Assembly (NCBI GenBank): GCA_963727445.1
Contig: CAVSGI010000013.1
Span: forward strand, 81,316 to 145,315
Reading direction: 5' to 3'
Source of the DNA: an uncultured delta proteobacterium
GTDB lineage: Bacteria > Myxococcota_A > Polyangia > Polyangiales > B10-G4
Length of the DNA stretch: 64,000 nt
The translations under genes were made by a program, and so were the position numbers. Under the pieces are notes generated by a model that saw only the letters and a program-made list of their open reading frames with translations, was not told the DNA's origin and ran no database searches. Every line of letters begins with the position of its first letter. The first letter of the stretch is position 1. Of the stretch, positions 30,962-39,621 are shown piece by piece.

Positions 30962-33040
30962 TCACTCCGCCGCGTCCTCACTCTTCGGCAACGCGGCGAC
31001 CACCGACGCGATCCCCCGCCGGTCGTCATCGCCCCCGACGCTCCCGAGCGCGAGCGGCAGCCGGTCCAGCAGCCGCTCGGCGACGTCGGCGACGCTGTCC
31101 CCGCCCAGGATCGCGAGCGGCGAGAGGTGCATCGACAGATCGCGCGCCAACGACTGATTGCCGAGCGTACGCAGCGTGGCGACAAGCTCGGGCGCGAGCG
31201 CTTCCATCTGCTCCCGGAAGGCCGCCGCTTGGGCATCCAAGCGCGTCTTGTCGATGGCGGCCTCGGCTTCCGACTCGGCGAGGCGCGCGCGGCTCCGAAT
31301 GGAGAAGGCTTCGGCGTCGTGGGTGGCGCGCTCCACCGTCTCGAAGTGATCGAGGTCGAGCTTCGTGCGGGCGGCGGCGAGCTTGGCCTCGCGATCGGCG
31401 CGCTCGAGGTCGACCTGGGCGGCGAAGGTCTTGGCCTTCGCTTCGAAGATCGCGCGGCTCACCTGTTCCGTGAGCTGCTCGTCGCCGAGGCGAAGCGCCT
31501 GCTTCTTTCGGCCGATCTCCGAGACGATCGCCATGCGCTGCGCGCTCGAGAGCAGGCCGTCGACCTCCGGGTCGAGCACCTCGAGGGCGAGCACCTCCAC
31601 GTCGTAAACCCACATCCCGTTCTCTTCGAAGTTGCGACCCTCACGACGCCCTCTTCTGGGGGCCTCGGGCCGGCCCTCTGCGGCATTCTGGCCCTCCTCG
31701 GAGCGCGCACCCAGCACCGCATCGCGCACGATGGAGGTGCCCCGCGTGTAGAAGTCCTCGAGCGACACCCCACGGCCGACGCCGCGGATGATCGAGCTCA
31801 CGTGGTCGCAGAGCAGCCCCACGTAGTCCTTCACGTTGAACCAGCGCTGGGGATCGCCGACGAAGGAGACTCGATAGGAGAGCGCGACCGACAGCTCGAC
31901 GTGGTCCGCGGTCTCGACCGCGATCACGTCCGAGACCTTGTTCCCCTCGATGCGCAAGAAGCACGTCGAGAGCAGCTCGGCGTCGGTCTTGGGGCGGCCG
32001 GTGGAGAGGGTGAGCTGCTCGAGATCCTCGTCGTAGCCGAGGAGGCGCGTTCGCGGTCCCGTCACCACCTCGCGTCGATCCTTGGCGACCACCATCACCG
32101 CGGTCGACGGCGGCACGTACACCGCCGGCACCCGGTCGCTCCGCGCCTCGGCGCCGAAGCGCGCGACCTGCGCTTGGGTGAGCGCGCGCTGAAGCACCGT
32201 CTCCTTCGTCGGGTCGGGCAAGAACGCCGTCGGGCCCTCCACGATGCGCACCGCGCCGGTGCTCCGGTCGCGCACGTAGATGCCTTCGTTTTCGGCGAGG
32301 GGGATCGCCACGACCCGATCGAGCACCACCGTGGACTCGGTCGGGAAGAAGTAGCCCTCGCGGCCCCAGAGGAAGACGTCCTGACCCGAGGCGTAGCTCC
32401 CCGGCGGGAGCTGATCACCCTCCGTCGCCTCGAAGGGCGCGACCACCCGCAGGTGCAGTCCGCAGCTTCGGTCCATGCGCCAGGCTTTGCGGACGTACTG
32501 CCCTTTGTGCGGCACGACCTCGATCCCGCTCTTGGGCACGTAGAAGCTCCGCTCCGTGCCGCGCACGATCATCTCGCTGCCGATGGGCGGCAGCGTGTCG
32601 TCGAAGGTGTCGTCGTAGACCCGCGCCACCAGGAACTCGTCCTGGCGCAGGCTGTGACCGTCCACCACCTGCGCGCGCTGCCCGGGCCAGAGCGGGAACT
32701 CGGTCGGTCCGGGAACCACCACTTTGCGCCCGCTGCGGAGCGACACCGCGGTGTTGGCGCCGGGCGTGGGCGTCAGCGACTCGTCGACCGGCGGGTTTTC
32801 GAGCACCACGTACTGCGCGGAGGTCGCCTCGACGAAGGGGAGCACGCCCTGCCGCACGTCGTCGCGCTCGACAGGCACGAAGCGTCCGTCGCGAAGGAGG
32901 ATCATTCGCTCGGTGTTCGAGAGGCTGATCTTCGTCGGCCCGACGTAGAGGACGATGTGTCCCTTCGTCAGGTCCTGCACGTACGCGTACTCGTTCGGCG
33001 CGACCAGGATGTCTCGCTCGCGGATGTCTCTTTCGGTCAT
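30962..33040 (-). CDS. major vault protein (MVP) homologue
   Basis: GGAGG 6 nt upstream of the ATG at 33040. About 5 MVP-repeat-like units (ILVAPNEYAYVQDLTKGHIVLYVGPTKISL; VAIPLAENEGIYVRDRSTGAVRIVEGPTAFLPDP vs eukaryotic [23 protein letters not shown]). Shoulder segment TGRPKTDAELLSTCFLRIEGNKVSDVIAVETADHVELSVALSYRVSF (vs [46 protein letters not shown]). Long C-terminal coiled coil (cap helix). Confidence 0.8.
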   Translation of the reverse strand: MTERDIRERDILVAPNEYAYVQDLTKGHIVLYVGPTKISLSNTERMILLRDGRFVPVERDDVRQGVLPFVEATSAQYVVLENPPVDESLTPTPGANTAVSLRSGRKVVVPGPTEFPLWPGQRAQVVDGHSLRQDEFLVARVYDDTFDDTLPPIGSEMIVRGTERSFYVPKSGIEVVPHKGQYVRKAWRMDRSCGLHLRVVAPFEATEGDQLPPGSYASGQDVFLWGREGYFFPTESTVVLDRVVAIPLAENEGIYVRDRSTGAVRIVEGPTAFLPDPTKETVLQRALTQAQVARFGAEARSDRVPAVYVPPSTAVMVVAKDRREVVTGPRTRLLGYDEDLEQLTLSTGRPKTDAELLSTCFLRIEGNKVSDVIAVETADHVELSVALSYRVSFVGDPQRWFNVKDYVGLLCDHVSSIIRGVGRGVSLEDFYTRGTSIVRDAVLGARSEEGQNAAEGRPEAPRRGRREGRNFEENGMWVYDVEVLALEVLDPEVDGLLSSAQRMAIVSEIGRKKQALRLGDEQLTEQVSRAIFEAKAKTFAAQVDLERADREAKLAAARTKLDLDHFETVERATHDAEAFSIRSRARLAESEAEAAIDKTRLDAQAAAFREQMEALAPELVATLRTLGNQSLARDLSMHLSPLAILGGDSVADVAERLLDRLPLALGSVGGDDDRRGIASVVAALPKSEDAAE

Positions 33041-33117
33041 CGGCACCTCCAACGGGAGATGCACGTGGCAATGCGCGTGCCGAGCCGATTCCGAGCAGAT
33101 CTCCCAGTGAGCCTGCG

Positions 33118-33144
33118 CCAAATCGGTGCAGTGCACCGATTTGG
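33118..33144. promoter_or_regulatory. perfect 13-nt-arm inverted repeat (CCAAATCGGTGCA-G-TGCACCGATTTGG) 80-105 nt upstream of the MVP start
   Basis: Seen directly in the sequence. No T-tract follows, so an operator-like site for a dimeric regulator is more plausible than an intrinsic terminator. Confidence 0.4.
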
Positions 33145-33163
33145 GGAGCGAACCCGGCTAAAT

Positions 33164-34087
33164 TTAGCGGACCTCGTAGCCGAAGTCGGTGAAGGCAGAC
33201 TTGTCGAGGGTTGTCGGCGGCGTGCGCGTCCCGACCGTGCGGCTCGGGTCCATCAGCGTCGGGCGACCGTCGGAGCGGAGCGACGAGTCCCAGTGCGCAA
33301 GCGATGCGGAGAGCGGCACCGGTCCCCCGTAGGCTGCGACCGCCGCGGCGCCGGTGTACGTCATGGCCGCGTCGTCGACGAGAACCTCGAAGGCGTCGGC
33401 CGTCCCGAAGCCGAGGACGTGACCCATCTCGTGCATCGCGGTCGAATAGAAGTCGTTCATCGCCGGCGGGATGTCGTCTTCGGTCTCAGGCGTGTCGTCG
33501 AAGAACCAGGGCTCGTCGCAGTCGAAGGAGATCCACCCGGTCCACGGCTCGAAGTCCGCGCCCTGATAGCGCTCGATGAGGCGAGCCTGCAGCGCCGGGT
33601 CGCTCACCGTTCCGAGCGCCGCCGTGTTGTTGGACTGCGCGATGCCGCCGTCGACCATGGAACAACCCACGAAGACGTAGAGGTCGTCGATGTCCTCGTC
33701 GATCGTCAGGTTCATCCCCGGATCGGCGGGCCGCTGCGGGTCGCGGGTGAGCAGCGAGGTCCCCGCGGGAACGGTCTCGAAGTCGTCCGCCAGGATCCGC
33801 CCCCACGCAGCCGCCGCGAGCTCGAGTGTCGTGCGCCGCGCGGGGTCGTCGAAGAAGCCGTCGGTGTCGAAGCGATAGTCGAAGACGATGGACACGCCGT
33901 CCACGGGCGCGCCGGTGTCGGCCGACGCATCGGAGGCGCCAGTGTCGGTCGACGCGTCCGCCGCCGCCCCATCGGCGTCCCCCGCCGCATCCGCTGGCGA
34001 CGCATCGAAAGAAGCGTCCGTGAAGACGCGCCCGTCGTCACCGCACGCGAGCGAAAAGGAGAGCAAGAGGAGTAGAGACCAGCGCAT
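33164..34087 (-). CDS. secreted zinc metalloprotease lipoprotein (zincin, HExxH)
   Basis: MRWSLLLLLSFSLAC lipobox. FYSTAMHEMGHVLGFG zinc-binding motif. Acidic Ala/Asp-rich linker. Confidence 0.7.
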   Translation of the reverse strand: MRWSLLLLLSFSLACGDDGRVFTDASFDASPADAAGDADGAAADASTDTGASDASADTGAPVDGVSIVFDYRFDTDGFFDDPARRTTLELAAAAWGRILADDFETVPAGTSLLTRDPQRPADPGMNLTIDEDIDDLYVFVGCSMVDGGIAQSNNTAALGTVSDPALQARLIERYQGADFEPWTGWISFDCDEPWFFDDTPETEDDIPPAMNDFYSTAMHEMGHVLGFGTADAFEVLVDDAAMTYTGAAAVAAYGGPVPLSASLAHWDSSLRSDGRPTLMDPSRTVGTRTPPTTLDKSAFTDFGYEVR

Positions 34088-34181
34088 GATCCAGCCTTGC
34101 TAGCCGATCCGCCGGTGACCGCAAGCTCACGGGCCCGGCGTCAGAGCTCGTCCCGCGACAGGGTCATGGTGACACCGGCCG

Positions 34182-35654
34182 TCAAGGCGGACACCACCAG
34201 CCGGGTGGGCAGTCCATCATCGAAGAGGACGGCGGCCCACGCCGCGGCGACGCCCGCCGACCCCTGCGGCGCGCCTGGCGGGTTTCGTCGGGTTCGGACG
34301 CGGATTCCGACTCGGGCGCGGATTCGGGCTCGGGGGCCGACGCCGGCGCGGATTCGGACTCGGACGCCGAGGCGAGGTCGGCCGCCGATTCCGATTCGGG
34401 GGTGGGCTCGGACTCGGCGCGTTCGACCAACGCCGCCTCCGTGGTCCCCTCTTCGACGACAGTCTCCTCATCCCCGCTGGCCGATTCGCTCCCCCTCACC
34501 GCGTACCACACGCCCATGGTCGCCGCCGCGAGCGTGGCCAGGGCGAGCAGAACGACGCCGCCGCGCGCGCGCCGTCGATAGCGCACGCTCACCGGGGGCG
34601 TCCCCGGAGCGCCCTCCTCTCGGTCGGCGTGCGCGACCGCCGCCGTCGGGTCGCGTCCCTCTTGCACCGCCGAGAGAGCGAGCGCCGTCTTCGCACGCAT
34701 CTGGTCGCGCAAGCCGCCGAAGCGCTCCTCCAGGAAGGACTCGATGGACTCCGGAGGCTCGCCCATCTCCTCGAGGATGTCGCCGATGCAATCCGCGACC
34801 TCGCGCGCATCCAGCGGCCGATGATCCCGATCCTTGGCCAGCAGATCGAAGAGGAGCGCGACGAGGGAATCCGGTACGTCGCGACGCTCCTCGCTGATGT
34901 CGGGAGTGGGGCCGTGGAGAATCAAGTGCGGCGCCTCCGACTCCGCGCCGCCCGAATACAGTCGGCGCCCCGCGAGGAGCTCGAAGAGGACCACGCCGAG
35001 GGAGTAGAGGTCGGTGCGCCGGTCGGGACGCTCGAAGCGGAGCTGCTCCGGCGCCATGTAGCCGAGCTTGCCCTTCAAGATGCCGGTCGTGGTCTGATTG
35101 TCGCGGCCCAGCGCTTTGGCGATGCCGAAGTCGGCGACGCGCACCACCCCGTCGAAGCCGATCAGCACGTTCTGCGGCGATACGTCCCGATGAACGAGCT
35201 GGAGCGGCTTGCCGTCGTGAGTGGTGAGCTCGTGGGCCGCGTGCAGGCCGCGCGCGACCTGTTGCGCGATGCGCAGGCACAACTGAATGGAGAGCAGCTC
35301 ACCGCGAGGCAGGCCGCGCAGGAGCTGCGCGAGTGTGATCCCCTCGATGTAGTCCATGACGAAGTAAGGCCCGTCGCGCCCCTCCCCGACGTCGGTGACG
35401 CTCACCACGTTGCTGTGGCGGAGGAGGCCCGCGATCCGCGCCTCCTGGAGAAACGAGTCGCGAAAGGTCTTCTCTTCGCGCAAGTGCTCGCGCAGCGTCT
35501 TCATCGCATAGAGGCGCTCGAAGCTCCCTTCACGCTTCAAGACGAGCTGCACGACGCCGATGCCGCCCTTGGCGATCGGATAGAGCGGGAGATAGCCACC
35601 GTTCTTCCCTCGGCGTCGGGTGGTCTCGTCGGAGACGTTGATGGGCTCCGCCAC
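34182..35654 (-). CDS. Ser/Thr protein kinase (Hanks type), membrane-anchored with acidic ESESA-repeat tail
   Basis: GGIGVV...AMK, HRDVSPQNVL, DFGIAK, GYMAPE motifs. TM helix VVLLALATLAAATMGVWYAV. The most upstream ORF-track start (35816) would overlap the upstream PEGA gene by 127 nt; the GTG at about 35654 is more plausible. Confidence 0.8.
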   Translation of the reverse strand: MAEPINVSDETTRRRGKNGGYLPLYPIAKGGIGVVQLVLKREGSFERLYAMKTLREHLREEKTFRDSFLQEARIAGLLRHSNVVSVTDVGEGRDGPYFVMDYIEGITLAQLLRGLPRGELLSIQLCLRIAQQVARGLHAAHELTTHDGKPLQLVHRDVSPQNVLIGFDGVVRVADFGIAKALGRDNQTTTGILKGKLGYMAPEQLRFERPDRRTDLYSLGVVLFELLAGRRLYSGGAESEAPHLILHGPTPDISEERRDVPDSLVALLFDLLAKDRDHRPLDAREVADCIGDILEEMGEPPESIESFLEERFGGLRDQMRAKTALALSAVQEGRDPTAAVAHADREEGAPGTPPVSVRYRRRARGGVVLLALATLAAATMGVWYAVRGSESASGDEETVVEEGTTEAALVERAESEPTPESESAADLASASESESAPASAPEPESAPESESASEPDETRQARRRGRRASPRRGPPSSSMMDCPPGWWCPP

Positions 35655-35689
35655 GAAACGAGGGTAGCGTAGCTTCTCGAGACGCGCCG

Positions 35690-36451
35690 TCAGAAGTGCA
35701 GGGCCATCTTGTTGCCCCAGACGGGATCGACGACCTGGTCGGGCCCGCTGGTCAGAACCAGCGCCGCGGTGATCGCCACGGCTGCGCCGACGACGAGCAC
35801 GCCCGCGACGACCCACCAGATCGGCGAGATGCCACCGTCGGTGTCATCGACCTCATCGTGCGTCGTCACCGCTGCGGCGATCGCGGTGAGCGCGAGCTCC
35901 ACTTCCGCGTCCTCGCCCGCATCGACGGTGACGCGCTCCTCCGCAGTCGCGAATCCATCGGCGCTGGCGCTCACCCGATGCGCGCCGACGTCCGCACAGA
36001 GGACGGTCGGATTCGTCCGGCGCAACTCCGTCGCCTCGGCGGCGTCGACGGTGAGTGCCGCGCTAGCAGCCCCGCTCAATCGGATCGTCAACCGCGCCGT
36101 GCGTCGGAGCGCGCTCCCTCTGCGGCGGCGAACATCCCGTGTGCGTGCGGGGTCCAGCTTTCCGAAGTCGTCCGAGAGGAGCGCGGCGTACAGGTCGGCA
36201 GCTGCGCACGCGCGCCCCAGCCGCATCTGAACCTCGGCCAGGTTGAAGGCGGTCGGCGCGCTCGGCGCGAGCTCGAGCGACCGCTCGAGCAGCTCCTCCG
36301 CCCGCGCCATGTCGTCGGCGGTCCGCGCCTCCATCGCCTGATCGAAGAGCGCGCGCGCTTCCTCCTGCTCGTCGTCGGCCGCCACGACCGACGCATGGCC
36401 GAGCAGGAGCACGAAGAAGAGCGAGGCGGCTGTGACGCGTCTGGCGTCCAT
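35690..36451 (-). CDS. secreted TPR-like/PEGA-domain single-pass membrane protein (kinase-associated module)
   Basis: Signal peptide, TPR-like helices, PEGA-like strand set (HRVSASADGFATAEERVTVDAGEDAEVELAL), TM helix. A paralogue is at 57689-58516. Confidence 0.6.
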   Translation of the reverse strand: MDARRVTAASLFFVLLLGHASVVAADDEQEEARALFDQAMEARTADDMARAEELLERSLELAPSAPTAFNLAEVQMRLGRACAAADLYAALLSDDFGKLDPARTRDVRRRRGSALRRTARLTIRLSGAASAALTVDAAEATELRRTNPTVLCADVGAHRVSASADGFATAEERVTVDAGEDAEVELALTAIAAAVTTHDEVDDTDGGISPIWWVVAGVLVVGAAVAITAALVLTSGPDQVVDPVWGNKMALHF

Positions 36452-36489
36452 TCGTCTTCAGGATCGTCGGTCTCCGCCCACGGTTCAAG

Positions 36490-37854
36490 TCATGCAGCCA
36501 GGCGAGGGAGCGGTCCGTTGCAATACTCGGCCAGCCCGAAAGTCTCGCTCTCGATGCCAAAGGCGTTCTGGATGGAGACGAGCAGGTCGTTGTGGGTGTG
36601 ATCGTCGTATTCGAGGTAGCGGCCCTGATCGAAGTACCCGCCCGCGTTGCCCGCGAGGACGAACGGCATGTCCGCCGTGGTGTGATGGGGCGTCGCGTTC
36701 TCCGAAACAAGAAACACCACCGTGTTGTCGAGCATCGTTCCATCCCCTTCGGGAACGGACTTCAGTTGATCGAGCAGATACGAGAGCTCACCCATCGTCC
36801 ACCGGACTCGCCGGTCGTACTCGACGCCCTGCTCGTTGTCGTTCTGCGCTTCGTGACCGAGGCTGTGGCCTGCACTGTCGCTGTCGACCGGGTCGAAGGG
36901 CATCGTGTAGTTGCCGTTCGCGTTCGAGTACATGATGCTCGCCACACGTGTGACGTCACAGGCGAGCGCCGCGACCATCACATCGATCTGGTGGCGCGAG
37001 ATGAGCGGCATGTTGACGTGTCGGTTCTCGACCGCCGCGGGCTCCTCCGGCGCCGTGCAGAGCGCGGCGCCCATGTTGTCGAGGCGGCGCTCGATGCTGC
37101 GAATCAGCTCCGAGTGACGATCGAGGCGCTGGGCATCCTCGCTCGAGAGTCGAGAGCGGACGATGTCGTGCTGCTGGAGCACGGCATCGAGCACGGAAGA
37201 GCGACGGCGGCGGATGCGCTCGAGCTCCGAGCCATCGGTGCCGAAGTCGCTGAAGAGCCGTGCCCAGCTCTCGCGCGGGTCGTCGATGGGGTGAAGCGGC
37301 TCGCCAGGACCGGTGTAGCTCATGCGTGTGCGCGTCGAGACGGCGCCGCCGAGGCCCCCGGCGAGAGCGAAGACGCCGAGCTCGATGCTGGGGAGGCGCG
37401 TATCGGCGCCGATCTGGCGCGCCACCGCCTGATCGATGCTGATCCCCGACGCCCACCCGGCGGAGCAGTCGCATCCCCCCCCTTCGAAGTCGCCTTCGAG
37501 GAGCGGACGGCCAGTGAGAACGCCGCCCATCCCGTTCTGATGCGGATCACCCGGGCCCCGACGCGAGTGCTGGTTCATCCCCTTGAGGATCAGCAGCTGG
37601 TCTCGATGCACCGCCAGCGGCTCCATGGTCGGGCCGAAGGTGAAATCGCGCTCACCGCGCACGTCCGTCGGGAAGAAGTGGGGCGTGAGCACACCGTTCG
37701 GGATGAAGAAGACGACGAAACGCTTCGGCGGCCCGCCGCTCGCGCGGTCCTGTGCCAGAGCCCCGAGGCCGGACGCCATCAGCGGCAGGCCCACCGCGAC
37801 ACCACCCGTGCCGCGGAGGAAAGTGCGCCTGGAGAAAGCCTTCTTCTTCATCAT
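36490..37854 (-). CDS. DUF1552-family protein with twin-arginine (Tat) signal
   Basis: GGAGGG then ATGATG. MMKKKAFSRRTFLRGTGGVAVGLPLMASGLGALA Tat motif. The start overlaps the stop of the upstream DUF1592-family gene (ATGATGA), suggesting translational coupling. The ORF-track N-terminal extension is spurious. Confidence 0.75.
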   Translation of the reverse strand: MMKKKAFSRRTFLRGTGGVAVGLPLMASGLGALAQDRASGGPPKRFVVFFIPNGVLTPHFFPTDVRGERDFTFGPTMEPLAVHRDQLLILKGMNQHSRRGPGDPHQNGMGGVLTGRPLLEGDFEGGGCDCSAGWASGISIDQAVARQIGADTRLPSIELGVFALAGGLGGAVSTRTRMSYTGPGEPLHPIDDPRESWARLFSDFGTDGSELERIRRRRSSVLDAVLQQHDIVRSRLSSEDAQRLDRHSELIRSIERRLDNMGAALCTAPEEPAAVENRHVNMPLISRHQIDVMVAALACDVTRVASIMYSNANGNYTMPFDPVDSDSAGHSLGHEAQNDNEQGVEYDRRVRWTMGELSYLLDQLKSVPEGDGTMLDNTVVFLVSENATPHHTTADMPFVLAGNAGGYFDQGRYLEYDDHTHNDLLVSIQNAFGIESETFGLAEYCNGPLPRLAA

Positions 37855-39518
37855 TCCCTCCCCGGGATGCGACGGACGCGCATCGCGTCGGACGTTGCGA
37901 GCGCCAGGAGCATCTCGCGGAAGTCTCCGCCGGAGCTTTCGAGGGCCGCCGCGGCGCGATCGACGAGCACCTCGTCGGCGGAGCTGTCCGGACCGCGAAG
38001 GGTCCATCGGACCCACTGTCGGGTGACGCACCGCTCGAAGCGCTCGCTTCCGGCCAGTCGCTCCCCCAGGTCCACCGCGTCCTCGATCGTTCCAGCGAGG
38101 CTCGGGTCGTCCGTCAGCCCCAGGAGCTCGCCGCTCGCGTCGATCGTCCGACCGTTCTCCTCGGCGCGAAAGCGGCCGAGCGCGTCGTAGTGCTCGAAGA
38201 GGAACCCGGCCGGATTGATGAGGCCGTGGCACGCGGCGCAGGTCGGATCGCTGGTGAGCTCGGTGAAGCGCTCACGCGAGGTCGCATCCGGATCGGGCGG
38301 CGGCGGCGCCACCGCGATCCCCGGTGGAGGATCGGGCAGATCCGCGCACAGGATCTGCTCGCGGAGGAAGACGCCGCGGAGGATCGGCGAGTGCTGGTCG
38401 GCGTGCGAGAGCATCGCGAGGAGCGCAGGTTGGGTCAACAGACCGCCGCGACGGCTCGCGTCGAGCTCGTATCGGGTGAGCTCTCCGGCCGGCGCGCCCG
38501 TGGCGTCGACGCCGTAGATCGCCGCGAGCTCTGGGGTGAGCCAGACTGAGTTCGACGTGTTGAGGACCGCCAACCCACCGTCGAAGGCATCGGAGAGGAA
38601 GGCGCGCATCGACGCGCCGAGCTCGACGCCGCGGGCCGGGTCGTACTCGGGAAAGAGCGTCTGGTCCTTCTCCATCTGATCGAGAAGGTCGAGGCTCAGC
38701 CAACGGCGATGGAACATGTCCACTGCCTCGGAAGCCCTGGGGTCGTCGAGCAGGCGACGCGCATGCGCTTCGAAGACGGAAGGGTCGTCGAGCTCACCCG
38801 CCACTGCCGCATCGAGGAGCGCGTCGTCGGGCATCGAAGCCCACAAGAAGTAGCTGAGGCGCGAGGCTCGCGCCGGGCCGTCGAGGGCGACGATGTCGCC
38901 CGGGGCACCGCTCGGCGAAGGCTCGAGTTGATAGAGGAACTGGGGCGAGGTGAGGATCGCGGTGAGCACCAGCTCGACCGAGGTCTCGAACCCGAGATCG
39001 GCCGAACCGGACGCGAGCTCCGTGAACACCGCGCGCTCCTCGGCGGTGACGGGGCGACGAAACGCACGCGGTAGCCATCGGTCGAGCAGCGATTCGAGGC
39101 ACCCGTCGGCGCCTTCGCGTGCACACGGGACGAGCGAATCCCAGTGCTCTGCGACCGCGCGCCGCGCCACCTCCTCCGCCACCTCGAGATGCCGCTCGAC
39201 GTGGAGCTCGCTCACGCTCCATGCGTGGCCGTTGTCGAAGCCGACCGCGTTCGACACGTCGTTCGGAAAGCGCTCGCTCGCGAGCCGGGGGTCGAAGCCC
39301 AACAGATCGCGGACGGTGTTGTCGTATTCGAAGCGGGTGAGGAGGCGAAGGCCGGGGTCGGCGTGAGGGACCCAGCCCTCCTCCGTCGGCGAAACGCCCG
39401 GCGGCCACTCGCGCGTGGGCCCCTCCTCTCCCGCATCGCTGATGAACCCGTTGCAGCCGGCCAGCCCGAGCACCCCGAGGACGATCACCAGCCTCCGCAT
39501 CCAAGCCGCAGCGCCCAT
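37851..39518 (-). CDS. DUF1592/DUF1588/DUF1585-family lipoprotein (partner of DUF1552)
   Basis: ATG at 39518 with GGAGG 5-6 nt upstream. Lipobox MRRLVIVLGVLGLAGC. The TCAACHG motif and overall architecture match this Planctomycete/myxobacterial paired family. Confidence 0.75.
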   Translation of the reverse strand: MGAAAWMRRLVIVLGVLGLAGCNGFISDAGEEGPTREWPPGVSPTEEGWVPHADPGLRLLTRFEYDNTVRDLLGFDPRLASERFPNDVSNAVGFDNGHAWSVSELHVERHLEVAEEVARRAVAEHWDSLVPCAREGADGCLESLLDRWLPRAFRRPVTAEERAVFTELASGSADLGFETSVELVLTAILTSPQFLYQLEPSPSGAPGDIVALDGPARASRLSYFLWASMPDDALLDAAVAGELDDPSVFEAHARRLLDDPRASEAVDMFHRRWLSLDLLDQMEKDQTLFPEYDPARGVELGASMRAFLSDAFDGGLAVLNTSNSVWLTPELAAIYGVDATGAPAGELTRYELDASRRGGLLTQPALLAMLSHADQHSPILRGVFLREQILCADLPDPPPGIAVAPPPPDPDATSRERFTELTSDPTCAACHGLINPAGFLFEHYDALGRFRAEENGRTIDASGELLGLTDDPSLAGTIEDAVDLGERLAGSERFERCVTRQWVRWTLRGPDSSADEVLVDRAAAALESSGGDFREMLLALATSDAMRVRRIPGRE

Positions 39519-39621
39519 GAAACCTCCCATGCATTTGGGATAACCGCGGCGGCCGAAAGGGTCAGTGACCCCGGATGCGCGGATTGTCGCGGGCGGCTCG
39601 CCCACGACAATCCCCTCGGGA

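Noticed and set aside
31127-34075. 982-aa plus-strand ORF antisense to MVP and the metalloprotease
   Set aside because: Arg/Gly/Glu-rich with no motifs. The opposite strand carries strongly supported genes with RBSs.
34182-35816. Kinase start at the most upstream in-frame codon (35816)
   Set aside because: It would overlap the PEGA gene by 127 nt with an Arg-rich nonsense N-terminus. A GTG just downstream of the PEGA stop is more plausible.
36490-38232. Long Arg-rich N-terminal extension of the DUF1552 ORF
   Set aside because: The real start is the ATGATG after GGAGGG that immediately precedes a Tat signal peptide. The extension overlaps the upstream DUF1592-family gene in another frame.
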